Below, one piece after another: positions 13,901 through 27,199 of a DNA stretch of 64,000 nt (position 1 is its first letter; every line of letters starts with the position of its first letter). The position numbers and the translations under genes were made by a program. The stretch is from assembly GCF_006345805.1 (NCBI RefSeq), contig NC_042998.1, positions 65,534,001 to 65,598,000 of the forward strand. The letters are read 5' to 3'. This DNA comes from Octopus sinensis. Taxonomy: Eukaryota. The notes below the pieces were generated by a model that was not told the origin of the DNA, ran no database searches, and saw only the letters and a list, made by a program, of their open reading frames with translations.

Positions 13901-14830
13901 TTTTACGTTTATATGCCTTCCGAAGCTTTTTTTTCTTATGTTTAGAAACGTATCCATGTCTGCTACATTTTCTTTTTCAATGTGCTTTGTTTTCCAGATT
14001 ACTTTCGTGTATTTCTGACATCCATCTAGGTTTTGGTAGGATTTCTCTTGTAGATTTTATAACTCTTGGTATAATTTTAGGTATATTCTTGATTTCAGTG
14101 TTTATATGTTTACTCACAGGTTTTACGTCTGTAGACTGTTTTTCTATTTCTTCTAAAATAGTGGATTGCGTGTCGATCATCGTGATGAGGGTTGACAATT
14201 TCGATGAAATTTCCATTAGAATTCTTTCTGATAGCAGAAAAATACTAGCTAAGTCAAGAGAAAATCAGTAAAAATTATTTGGGGTTTAAAGTTCTATTAC
14301 CACAGCTACTTCTACCACCACCACTAACATCAGAAACAGCAACAATGGCAACAATAATAAATGTGGTGATAACGGTGATGATGATAAGTGAAATGTAAAA
14401 ATTCCTGGGAAGTGTTGTTTACAACATTTCTAAAAATAGCCCAACAATTACTGCTTTGGACAGGGTCAAAATACAGGTCTCTTGACATGTTCAACATACC
14501 GTGACACCTAAAGCAAACACCAATCAACTAAAGTAACTTAGTAAAATCACACACTAATTAGTCAGAATGCAGTTTGCAAAACTTAACTTTCTGGAGCCTG
14601 TACAAATGTATGCAAGGCACAGTTTAGCCATCTCGCCACAGTTGTAAATTGTAAAACATGAAATTTAAGATTGCATAGTTGAATGCATGAAAGTACTAGT
14701 TCAATCTGAATGGACATGTAATATTCTATCATTTCATTATATAATATTATGCTATATTCTATCATATTATATTATATCATATTATTATAAGATTGGAAAT
14801 AAAATATAAAAAACAAACAAGTTTGCAATT
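10960..14830 (-). mobile_element. Penelope-like element copy 2 (decayed, ORF1 + RT + thumb/linker, endonuclease not seen)
   Basis: Fragments MEISSKLSTLITMIDTQS, IIIKQIDKEGAIVIMD, LSLYTNIIHDLG..MGTRF, YLDD, thumb HHHLNFKSCYPPHAKRNIPYCLAR; colinear with 61636-64000. Confidence 0.9.
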
Positions 14831-14888
14831 TGGTTGAATAATATGTTTTTCTATACACAAACATATGCACCCGTGTTTGTGCATATAG

Positions 14889-14934
<46 letters not shown>

Positions 14935-15276
14935 GTGTATTTTGTATATATGTAGATACAGAGTGCTAAATACAGAGACAGACAGATAGATGTGTGTATA
15001 AACGAACAAACAGAAATAGAATCTCAAACAAAGTGGGCGATAATCGTTTTCTTAATAAAGGTTATTCGTATACATTGTTTCTTAGAACGCTGACAATCTA
15101 TCACTAAAAAGAAACAGCTGCTTCGTTAATATCTGTTTTATATAATACATCATATACATATATACAAACAGATACATGCATAGATATAGACGTACAGACA
15201 TATGCATACAAACGCATGGACACACATACACACAGACACGCATATATATAACTAAACATATATATATATATATACA

Positions 15277-15349
15277 TGTTTGTTTTTATGTTTTCGTTTC
15301 TCGTTGTGTTCTACGTTTATTTGTGATGTCCTGTACTCATATATATATA

Positions 15350-15414
<65 letters not shown>

Positions 15415-16180
15415 GCATGTATATATACGTATAGATGTAGGTATGTACATATATGTATGTATGCATATGTTTTATTTGTTAAATTGTTATTACATGACTG
15501 AGCGCCTCGCGTCGTTTCTTATCCTCCAAGTAAGTTTTTATATATAATTATTACGTGCACTCTCTAACCATTTACTTGACCTTTCCTTCCTTCCAGTCTA
15601 TCTTCCTCTCTACCTGTCTCTCTCCTTATTTTTCAGCCTTTCGGTTTCATTTCCCTTCTATCTCTCTCTCTTTCTCACCCCTCCTCTCTCTGGCCCTTGC
15701 TGACTGGACTACTAACATTCTTTTGGTCGTAGGTTTCAACAAGTCAACATCGATTTCTCCTGTCTCTAGCAGTCGATTTTCTGAATTTGCGCTCCAACGA
15801 ATTTTTCCCCCGTCTAGGCTTTAAAAAAGCCGTCAATGTTGGTTTCCTTGTCCTGTTTTTATCTTTATGAGTACTGTATTTTTATTTGTATTGCTTTTAC
15901 GTACTGTTCTTGTCACTTTTTTTCTTTCCTTTTTTTATCCCTCTCCAAAAGAATTTTATTTAATTCATTTTGCAGGAAGGACTGCTTCGGCCGGATCGTA
16001 TTCTGCCCTTGACTTCGAAACACGCATTGAGTCGAACGAGGGGCAGCTGATGAAGGGGAATATTCCTTGTATTGTTTGTCTTGTACCATGTTTTTTCGTT
16101 GTTAAAAAAAGTCCGTTTCCTTGTTTGTTTTTATGTTTTCATTTCTCATTGTGTTCTACGTTTATTTGTGGTGTATTGTA

Positions 16181-16183
<3 letters not shown>
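15277..16183 (+). repeat. ~845-bp unit with 62-bp terminal direct repeat (PLE-LTR-like)
   Basis: 15277-15338 matches 16122-16183; internal CT-rich tract and a CTGATGA plus hairpin relic at ~16047. Confidence 0.5.
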
Positions 16184-16215
<32 letters not shown>

Positions 16216-16218
<3 letters not shown>

Positions 16219-16511
16219 GGTGTAAACAAATAGTTTTGAAACAAGGTGGAAAAAAGAGTACTCAAATACCAGTGGTAGAGTAATATGCTTTATTTAAAGC
16301 AGCAGAAAATTCAACAAAACATGTTACTCTGATTTTCCCGTTTCCATTCATCGGACAGTTTTTGCTAGAATGGGACCGATGTGCCAATTCTATCCAGACT
16401 ACAAACGCTACACCTTTAAAAAATGGACTTGTTTGATTGGCCCTTTAGAAATAACCGTTAATTTTCGAGCGATAAACAAAGATGAGCTCAAAAATATATG
16501 TATATATATAT

Positions 16512-16542
<31 letters not shown>

Positions 16543-19500
16543 GAATTATAAAATTATAAAATTCGAGGAAATACCTTACGTTGAATAAAATACATATTAA
16601 CCTTTATGAAGGAAATATAATTAATACATGGAAATTGAAATGCATTAAAAATATAATCATCTATAAATTAAAAATCAAAGTAAGCCTATACAATATAATA
16701 ACATGAAATAAACTAACCCGAAGGTTTTTTCCTAAGAAATATGTAGAAATATAAACAAAATAAAAAAAATATATGCATGAGACTTTGCTATACGGAATGG
16801 AATCTGCATAGCGCGAAACAAATCCATCGTTGCGTTTACATACTAGTCCAAGGATCAAAATCAAAATTTCAAAGTCAAAAATACAAAAAGACAAAATATA
16901 TACTCTATCCATATGGTATATTTATGTTTGACATTTTAAATTTAGCTGCGTGCCTGCTTAAGTCCATCAGCTCACTTCTTTGATTCAAAGAATTATTGTC
17001 TTTGAATAAAATATAGATTTGAATAAAATATAGACCATAAAGCCAATTTTAATAGAAACCCCAAATGTAGATTGATAAATACGGCTAAAACTGAGATAGG
17101 CATTATTAGCAAAAATATTTTGGACCATATTTTAACTAAGTTAGATAGTGAAGTAGACTTGAGAATTTGGAAGAATAGTAAGTCAGTCATAGAGTGGTTT
17201 AACGGTATTAGCTATAAGAATAACTGCAGTTTTACACAATTCGATATTATTAACTTTTACCCGTCAATCAATATCAAGGACGTTACTCCTAAGGGCATTA
17301 GACTTTGCCAAGCAGTATGTCGGCATCGATAGCTCGGAAATTGATATTATTATGCATGCGAGGAAATCACTTCTTTTTTTCGAGGATTCCACCTGGATTA
17401 AGAAGAGTGATGATTCACTTTTCAATGTACCGATGGGGGCATACGACGGAGCTGAGTTATGTATGCTCGTAGGAGACTTTATTCTTCATAATCTAAAAAT
17501 AGAATTCCCATTTATAGATGCAGGTTTATATAGGGATGACGGCCTTATAGCCACCCATAATTTAAACGGCCATGAATCATATAGACTTAGGACGGACCTT
17601 ATTACTTTCTTTCAAAGGATAGGCTTACGGGTTACAATAGATACTAACCTGAATAGTGTAGAGTTTTTAGACGTAAGTTTTAATGTAAGGTCGGATACAT
17701 TTAAACCTTTCCGTACGCCCAATGAAAAGCTATCGTATATTAGCAAAGATTCGAACCATCCGCCAGTTATCCTTAGGAACTTAGTCAGCAATGTAGGTAG
17801 ACGAATATCTTCAATTTCTTCGGACGAGGCAGCATTCCATAATGCTGCACCTTATTACGATAGCGCATTAAGGAATAGAGGATTCTCTGAGAAGATCCAG
17901 TACAACCAGCTTAATGCTGATAATAATGCTGCGCGAAGAACTAGGACCAGGAAAGTTTTGTTTCAACCCGGCTTTCAATTTGGCCGTAAAACTAATATAG
18001 GTAAGGAATTTTTGAAATTAGTCTCTAGGCATGTTAAGCAGGACCATAAATACTATAGGATATTTAATAGAAGAACCCTGAAGGTTAGCTATTCTTGTTG
18101 CAGAAATTTCGCCTCTTACATTAGCCAGCATAATAGGAATCCGATTGAGATTAAACATGGTGCCGAGCCCATTAAGAAATGCAATTTCAAAAATGAATCC
18201 TCCTGTCCGTTAGAAAGGAAATGTCTAGTAAAAGGAGTAGTTTATAGAGCGAAGGTACAAATAGAAGGCTCATCGGAATACAAGACATATACAGGGGCTT
18301 CAGAAAACTCGTTTAAAACACGATTTTATTCGCATAAAAATTCATTTAGATACCCAGAAAATAGGAAGAGGACCAGCCTAGCAAAATAAGTCTGGGAACT
18401 AAAAGAAAAGGAAACCCCACCTTTCAACGTGACATGGAGCATTCTGGACAGAGCGGCACCATACAGGCATGGAGCACACCAGAATAATTTCAAATGCAAT
18501 CTTTGCCTGTAAGAAAACTCTATATTTTATTCAAAGACAATAACTCTTTGAATCAAAGAAGTGAGCTGATGGACTTATGCAGGCACGCAGCCAAATTTAA
18601 AATGTCAAACATAAATATACCATATGGATAGAGTATATATTTTGTCTTTTTGTATTTTTGACTTTGAAATTTTGATTTTGATCCTTGGACTAGTATGTAA
18701 ACGCAACGATGGATTTATTTCGCGCTATGCAGATTCCATTCCGTATAGCAAAGTCTCATGCATATATTTTGTTTATTTTGTTTATATTTCTACATATTTC
18801 TTAGGAAAAAATTTCGGGTTAGTTTATTTCATGTTATTATATTGTATAGGCTTAATTTCATTTTTAATTTATAGATGATCCGAAATAGGGTGTAATATTT
18901 TACATGTCTTTCGTATAATTTTCATTATTACACTCACCATTTTTTAAAAGCAATGTTGTCAAAAATTAGAATTTTGATGTAAATATGTGTATAGCCACGA
19001 ATATGTATTTGTAAGCATACGTCTCTGTGTATGTGTAAGTGAGCGTATGTTTGTGCTTAAGCACACACATACACGACTGTATGTGTATGTATCCACTTGA
19101 ACTTGTGTAATTGTGTACTTGTATCTCTATATATGTGTCAATATACGAGGTTACACAGCTTGTATACATAATTTTTCTTATTTCGTTTTTTCCCCACCCC
19201 TCCTTTTTTCTTTTTTTTTCTTCCCCCTTTTTCTTTTTTCTCTCTCTTCCTTTCTTTCGTTTTTTTCTCTAACTATACGATACATGTATAAAGTCATGCA
19301 ACTTTACGACCCCCTCACTTACTCATGTCTTAAGCTTTGCTTCGTAAATACGAACGATACTTAACCATCCATGATTTTAGCTTGCGTGCGAACTAGATTG
19401 CGTATGCATATGTATACATGCATTTGTGTGTATATTTTAGCTTTATATTTATACGTCTGTATATGTATGGGGTTCACACGCATCTATTCTGTGTATGTCG

Positions 19501-19875
19501 ATATATATGTATACATTAATATGAATATGTATTGCTGTGTTATATTTTTAATGCATTTCAATTTCCATGTATTAATTATATTTCCTTCAGTAAGGTCAAT
19601 ATGTAATTTATTCAACGTAAGGTTTTTCCTCGAATTTTATAATTTTTATAAGTTCTATAAATATATATATATATATATATTGAGCTCATCTTTGCTTATC
19701 GCTCGAAAATTGACCGTTATTTCTAAAGAGCCAATCAAACATTTTTTTAAAGGTGTAGTGTTTGTAATAGTCTGGATAGAATTGACATATCGGTTCCATT
19801 CTAGCAAAAACTGTCCGATGAACAGCAACGGGAAACTCAGAATAACAGGTTTTGTTGAATTTTGTGCTCCTTTAA
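16216..19875 (+). mobile_element. Penelope-like element 1 with inverted pseudo-LTRs, 5'-truncated
   Basis: 16216-17017 is the reverse complement of 18519-18879 plus 19540-19875 (the left arm extends further); RT-GIY-YIG coding region lies between. Confidence 0.9.
17033..18610 (+). pseudogene. PLE reverse transcriptase + GIY-YIG endonuclease (frameshift near 17280, stop at 18389)
   Basis: DHKANFNRNPKCRLIN, FDIINFYPSI, MGAYDGAE, catalytic YRDD at 17529-17540, EFLDVSF, GVVYRAKV..TYTG..FKTRFYSH. Confidence 0.9.
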
Positions 19876-19994
19876 ATAAAGTACATATATATATATATAT
19901 ATATAATATATATATATATAATATATATATATATATATACATATACGTGTACATATATGTATGTATGATTGCATATGTTTTATTTGTTAAATTG

Positions 19995-20026
<32 letters not shown>

Positions 20027-20328
20027 GTACGTATATATTATGTAGAGGGCATAACTATACATAAAGGCCACACGCTAGGAGCGACTTGTAAAGACAAAAC
20101 TACCAAAATAAATAAACATATCGTACCGAATGCAACTCTCAAAGCAAGTAATTTAAAAACAGAAGTTGGCTGCATATCATTGTGATTTCAGAATTAGTGC
20201 AGTAATGCACTTTTTAATCCTGAGTGCAAGCATAATTCAAGATTCATAACGAATGAACAAAATCAACATACCAGGCGAACAGGCAATGTATCCAACGTAG
20301 CATATAGAAATGTTCACCCTTTATACAT

Positions 20329-20363
<35 letters not shown>

Positions 20364-20372
20364 ATATATTAT

Positions 20373-20431
<59 letters not shown>

Positions 20432-20499
20432 GTGTGTGGTGTGTGTGTATGTATGTACGTATGTATGTATATATATTAAATGCATACTTGTTTGTTCCT

Positions 20500-20775
20500 T
20501 CTCAAATCATGTCTGTCTCATAGGGCCGCTTTCCCAGTTTCCTTGGCGCATAGGTTCCCAACCTGAACGCAACGCCAGTCCGACGCATTTGAGCTGCTAG
20601 ATGCACGAGAAAAGAGTGAGAGAATGTTGTGGCGAAAGAATCGGCAGAAGTTCGCCATTGCCTTCTGCCGGAGCCGCGTGGAGCTCAGGTGTTTCGTTCA
20701 TAAACATAAACATCATCCGTAACCCGCGAGCCCTCGACCGCGAGTCTGCTGATCTAACCACTAGGCCATGTTTCT
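20500..20775 (-). mobile_element. tRNA-headed SINE (family D-like) with internal deletion
   Basis: Minus-strand head catggcctagtggttagatcagcagactcgcggtcg. Confidence 0.6.
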
Positions 20776-21386
20776 CCACAAATACATACCTTTAAATTCC
20801 TAAATACATTTCGATATCTATATAGTATGATAACAGTGTGGTCCTGTTAGTTGAAGATGCTGGGAAGGCAAAAGAACAAGGTTACCATTGCCATATTTTT
20901 CAACGCCAACACATTATATATAAATATATGTATATGTGTATGTAAATGTATATGTGTATCAAGAATCCCTCGGCCACATGGTTTTTATATAAGTGTATGT
21001 ATTAAGTGTATCTGTGTCTGTTTATGTGTATATGTGAATGTGTGTCTTCAAATGACATGTTCTAAATAATTGTTAAAACACAACAAGTTTGATAATCTCA
21101 AGGAAAGTATGCCTCCTGAAAAAGTAATAAAACTCTAAATTTGAAATTATCTTTAACACTTTGCTTGCGTAATTAGTGAGGAAATAAGAACCATCTGTTA
21201 TATGAAACGCTGCAGTAGGGAACATCAATAAATTTCTGGAACTTGCCTAGATAAATGTACAATATTCTCACTATGCACAGAACAAACTTCTAACTCAGCG
21301 AGTGAGATGCAGAGAGAGCAAGTTAAACTTAAGATAAAATATGAGCGTGTGTGTATGTGTGTGTGTATTTTTATGTGTACGTATGC

Positions 21387-21431
<45 letters not shown>

Positions 21432-21724
21432 TATATATATATATATATATTTATATAGATATGTACATATATACTTATATATATCTATGTATATACTTGT
21501 GTGTATGTGTGTTTATTTTTGTATGTATATGTGTGTATATATATATGGGTGTGTGTGCGTGTGCGTGTGTGTTTGTAGCTTATATTGGCGTCGTGAATGG
21601 ATGGTATTAGCCAAAGAAATATTGTGGTTCAATACCTAATTGTTTGGCAGGAGTTTAACATCCATGAAATAAGAAGGTTATAATCAATGTGAGCATATGT
21701 ATATACAAAAATATATACATCCAT

Positions 21725-21912
21725 CTTGTCACTGGTACCAAGCTGTATCGGCCCATTTGCCTTTCTCTTGGATAACACTGGTTGCGTGGAGAGGGGGCGG
21801 TATGCATGGGCGACTGCTGGCCTTCCGTAAACAACCTTGCCCGTTATTGTGCCTCGGAGGGTACCTTTCTAGGTGCTATCCCATAGTCATTAATGACCGA
21901 CGGAGGTCTCCC
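21725..21912 (+). mobile_element. SINE family B 3' half
   Basis: ggtaccaagctgtatcggcc...gtcattaatgaccgacggaggtctc aligns with 54250-54430. Confidence 0.8.
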
Positions 21913-22048
21913 AACATACATCCAGCTCGTCATATTTAGAAGACTAGAGAGTGACTACATGACTTTCTACAAACCCTTTAGTTGTAGCCAACGTGATTAT
22001 CTCCAAGGAAACACAAATGATTACTGTTGTCCTACTCGGACCTCTCTT

Positions 22049-22085
<37 letters not shown>

Positions 22086-22669
22086 ATACCACTATTGTTC
22101 ATAGTGCCGCTCTCACATATGCTCTCATCCTTACGGCGAACATCCCGATTAAGGTATGCAGATGGCATGAATATCTCACACTTAATAGAAACCCTAAATA
22201 TTTTATGCACGGACAACAAGAGTTAGTTGCAATATACAGAGTGCTGACAGCAAAAATATGCAGTAAAATAATGGAAAGTTTCAAGCTCTACTCTATCACC
22301 ATACACAATTTAAATGCAACGGAGACAAAATACACTGAAGCTGCAAGGGTGAGAATTCCAGATAGCATTAGTCATATATCCTTCTATGTGCATATTACCA
22401 ATTTGACAAGGAAGTGTAGGCGGCTGACAAAATGAATTTATAGAGCTTTCAGAAAACAAGTGTACGAATTCATGATGATCTTCTGCAAAAAGTTTGTCCT
22501 AAACTATTTTGGCTATTGTCCCGAATGATGGTTACCATACAGTGGGCAATTAACAGTTGGACACGTCGCAGTCCATCAAAGCTACATCAAGCTTTGGCAA
22601 CGAAGTTTCATACAAATGTCAGGAGAGGGTGGCATTTCTTATAGCTTCATATACATCCCTAGCGTCAAA

Positions 22670-22780
22670 ATGCTGCAATAGCCTGGGATTCAAGGGACCG
22701 ACCCTTTTCAAAATTGCCCAAGGCGATGAGAGTTAAAGGGGATGTAGACATCTTCAAAACTAAACAAGATCATGTTACCT
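22670..22780 (+). mobile_element. Short LINE RT C-terminal fragment related to 43455-44490
   Basis: tgcaatagcctgggattcaagggacc resembles tgtgatagcctgggcttccgaggccc (DSLGFRGP). Confidence 0.5.
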
Positions 22781-23006
22781 TAAGCCAACTTCATGAAAGG
22801 AAATGGAAGGGCAGCAGCATCAAACACCTCCATTCATAAATATCGGCTGTTAATCGGGCGATAAGAAACGGGGAGATAAATATACCGAAACCAATTGTGA
22901 GGCGGTGATAATAAACAAACACAAACTCAACGTCGTACATATATACACACGCCCAGAGATACGTACACACATACATATATAAATTCATACTTACATGTGT
23001 GCGCGC

Positions 23007-23037
<31 letters not shown>

Positions 23038-23469
23038 TATTCTCATAAATAAATCTCGAATTGATTGTGATTTGATGAAATACATTTTTTATTATGTCTA
23101 CATTATACTGTAGCTACATAAACACACGTAAAAATAATTGGCAAATTTATGAAGCGGCTCAAAAATCGTTCTGGAAAATATCGCATTTCACTTCTCGCAT
23201 TAAGAAAAGGCAAGACTGTCCCGTGTGAAGTGAATCCGAGCTGTATTTATGACCGTCTCTAAAACATATCTCGAAGGAAATTAGTAACATAGTGAAGGAA
23301 CTTCGGAGTTTATATATGAAATGGCTATAATCAGATGATACGATTTAAAATATATTTATGTGTGACTATTCCTAATCACTTCATATCAATGTTATTGTCA
23401 TTATAGTGGCACCGATTAGTACCTACATACTGTCAATTACATTATTTACATTTGGCGGATATTTGTCCT

Positions 23470-23530
23470 CATCTTGTTTGTTGTTAACTCAACGTTTCGG
23501 CTGATACACTCTTCAACCTTCATCAGATAT
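23470..23530 (-). ncRNA. Decayed hammerhead ribozyme (PLE-LTR relic)
   Basis: Minus: CTGATGA-A-GGTTGA(agagtgta)TCAGCC-GAAA-CGTT; stem II intact, stem I partner not evident. Confidence 0.45.
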
Positions 23531-23594
23531 TCTCATTCCTAAGGTATGTTTCGATGTATGCATGTGTATATATAATGATATATATATATATATA

Positions 23595-24341
23595 TAAAGA
23601 AAATATGTACTTACATACAAGACCAAAAAGGTTACGGGCGTCGCTATATATATATGTATATGTAAAAAAATACAAACTGGGACAAGAACGCAAAACATTT
23701 AGAAGACGATACAAAAAACACGGACGGGTCATTCGAAACCTTCAATCTTCAGTCAAGAAATGGATCATCCTCGTAATTTCGGCTGACTAATCTTGAGATT
23801 GCTCCGATCTGGCCAGCCCCAAAGGAAAATTTAAGCCAAGCGAATTAGATTCCTTGGAAGAAAGCCTCGAATGTATACAAAATAAGGACGGGAACGAATA
23901 AGAATACAAAAATACGTAAAAACAATAATGATAATAATAATAACAAAAATAGGACGTCACAGACAGGCGTCTTTTCGACAGGACGAGTGAACTTTGAGCT
24001 GGCGCATTAGAAAAATGCCTTGGGGCAAAGAGAGAAAAAAAAATGTGTCTAGGCTTGACTGCTGCTGACCACGAAGAGGACAGCAGTCCAAAGTTAGTCA
24101 CGTGTGAGGAGAAGAGAGAGGAAAAGAGGGACAGATGAAGAGAGAAACAAGGGGAGCAAGGAACAAAGGAGGAGGAGAAGAGAGAGAGAGAGAGAGAAAG
24201 AGACAGCTCAAAGTGGAGTGCAAAGTGTGAAGACAGAGAAATGTAGAAGAGGGGGGAGAGAGAGTGTGTGTTATAGAGTCGTACCAAGTTTAAAGAAAAT
24301 ATGTACTTACATACAAGACCAAAAAGGGTACGGACGCCGCT
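23595..24341. repeat. ~696-bp unit with 51-bp terminal direct repeat
   Basis: 23595-23645 matches 24291-24341 (taaagaaaatatgtacttacatacaagaccaaaaagg...cgct). Confidence 0.55.
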
Positions 24342-24348
24342 ATATATA

Positions 24349-24510
<162 letters not shown>

Positions 24511-24582
24511 GTATCTATGGGTGTATATATATATGTGCATAGTAGTTAATTCCGAGTTCAATACGAAGCAGTGCCATGAATG

Positions 24583-24646
<64 letters not shown>

Positions 24647-24648
24647 TA
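24583..24648 (+). repeat. (AAT)n microsatellite
   Basis: Direct reading. Confidence 0.95.
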
Positions 24649-24650
24649 AA

Positions 24651-24790
24651 AAGTGGCATATTACCAGCCAATGTACGCCACTTGCCCAGAAAGAATATGA
24701 GAGACGCCACGACAATATAGCCAGGCTTGCCCATTGGACACTTGCAACAAGTATGGACTTGACAGAGCCTAAAATTGGTACGACCACGAC
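24651..24790 (+). mobile_element. R4/Dong-like non-LTR retrotransposon fragment
   Basis: HITSQCTPLAQKEYERRHDNIARLAHW, then after a frameshift NKYGLDRA..WYDH, resembles the CCHC-to-RLE region of R4/Dong elements. Confidence 0.7.
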
Positions 24791-26179
24791 ATCGTTATGG
24801 TTAGTGTTAAGATATCGCTGCTGTTGTTATAAATAGCAGATTAGAACAAACAGCTGAATTGAAGAATTTCTATTGAAACAAATTATCCAAACCTACTTTT
24901 ACAATACAACATACATATTGCAAAATGAAATATTGTCGAAATAGCTAACAATGAACGAAGAAAAAAAAATAGCGTGCGGAACAAAACGACTGAAAAGTAG
25001 AATACTAATGGGCCACCCATAACCCACACACGTTTTATATATTTAAAGCCAGAAAATCACACGTGAGAATATATAACAACAGGAACATTATAATTAGGGA
25101 ACATTATGATTAGGGAAAATTGCAAAGATTCATATTGATATTTACTTCTAAAGCGTTATTGTAACTTATTGTCATGGCAAATGGTTAAAATGACGAAGTA
25201 CGTAAGACAAAAATGTAAAAAAGAAAATATGATGAATAAGACGGAAATGTGAATTCCTCTCTCAATTATGTATGTATGTATGTATGCATGTATATATGAA
25301 TATATATATATATATGTATATATGTATATATTTACATATATATGTATATGTGTGTATATATGTATGTATATATATGCATATGTATATATGTATGTATATA
25401 TATAGATATAGATAGATAGATAGATATATGAACGTATGTATATATATACATGTATATATATATATATATAATGCACATACAAATACACACGTACACACAC
25501 GCGCACACTGATACACGAACACATGGTTATGTATATGTATATACACATATCTCTATATATCTATTTACGTATGTATGTATCTGTGTAACTATATATATGA
25601 ATATGTATATATACACCGGATCATGTAGCAATTCAGTACCTGAATGTAGGCGAATTCACAGGCAATGAATTATGTTCGCTCTAGTCAGCCAGATTATTTT
25701 AAGTAGCTGATCGTTTGGTAATTTACTACAATTATTCTGATACTTTGATTTTATACACTTTTTAATGCAAATGAAAATTTTATAAAAGCAAAACAACACT
25801 ATTTAGTTAGAAGATCAGCCTAATTTTAATACTGTGTGATTCAAATTTTATGCAAATTTGAAGAAGTTTTTTTTTCAAAATATCGTGTACTACTATCAGA
25901 ATTAGCAGGTTGAGTCAAAATTATTTTCGGATTTTCACGGATGATTATAGTCAACTTTTATCTCAGTATTATTTATACCAGTGATCCGATACAAGTCTTT
26001 CAATCGTTGCCGAACGGTGTTTTTTTTCTTTATTTTCATATATAGTAAAAAACATTATTTTTTATTTTCATATATAACATATAAATATTAATCATTTATT
26101 TTAAAAGCATCAATATATACTCATTAATTATTTATTTTTATTTTCCAACTGTGGAATTGAGTGGTTAGAAAATTGCAAA

Positions 26180-26820
26180 TGAAGCCATGTTATGTTACCT
26201 GGTGAGAGAAAAAAGAGACTGAGTTCAAGTGAAGCAGCAAAAGAAATCAATAATGTGGAAGGCCCAGGAACTGAGAAGGAATATGTGGCATAAAACTGGT
26301 TTAGACATTTTAAGGTAGATGATTCTACATTGGTTCTTCACATAGCTTGGTCCTTCACAAAGCACTATCAATGGACACTTACATAAGCTTGAGGAATTTA
26401 TTATGAACTCATAAATGAAAATTCTCGAGATCTCCGCATTTCGCGCCCAGTTGTAACTGTAAATAACAAAAGGATTTATTCTCGTAATCCTTATAAAATA
26501 TATCAGTTGTTCGTTCCAGCCTGGCTTTAGAAAATGTCGACAATACGGTTGGCTGGAACAGCTGAGGGTCATGCCGTTAATGCTACCCTTTATGCGCAGC
26601 AACTCCGGTGAATAAGCGATGACTTGAAAGCTCACCACCTGGCACTGATACAATACGCGCACGTTTGCCGCATGACAATTCCTCTGCAAACTTCCAATAT
26701 AAGCAAGGGCAAAACTGAGTGACTTGAGGGGCTGGAAGTGTTTCCTTTCTCTACAGTGAAGAGCCTGTACCATCAGATTATAACAGTTCTCAAGTCATGG
26801 AATATTTTCTGCACAGACAA
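26180..26820 (+). mobile_element. Heavily decayed mariner transposase remnant
   Basis: SSSEAAKEINNVEGPGT..NWFRHFK; a VTGDEKW-like VTVNNKRIY; an HDN-like motif; a SDY(H)-like stretch. Confidence 0.65.
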
Positions 26821-26859
26821 ATGTTGAATATTATGGCTGGGATTAATAATTATTTCTAC

Positions 26860-27000
26860 TATAAGTACAAGGCCTGACATTGTAAGGGGGGGTTGTCGAT
26901 TAAATCAACCCCAGTGTTTCACTGGTACTTAATTTATCGACCCCCGAAATGATAAAAAAGCGATGTGCGAAATACTAAAGTTTCTGCCAGCTCGCAACCT
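26860..27000 (-). mobile_element. SINE family C, deleted copy
   Basis: ctggtacttaatttatcgacccccgaaa block. Confidence 0.7.
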
Positions 27001-27199
27001 TGGGTGTAATTAATAATGAACGGAGGGAGAGTTTGCCTCTAAAACAACCAAATGATATAAGCATGGAATTGAACTGCTGGTGCAACCCTGGCAACAGACA
27101 ATAGAATGTGATGTTATTTTGAAGAATAAGACTTCTTCTTATTTAATTTGTTTTAACGAATAGTTAAGGCTTGGAATACTCTTTTCACTTTTTTCTTGT

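Noticed and set aside
16040-16075. CTGATGA followed by a hairpin as a functional hammerhead
   Set aside because: No GAAA after stem II; relic at best
23725-23770. Minus-strand CTGAAGA..GAAT hammerhead-like motif
   Set aside because: Core altered and stem I cannot be formed
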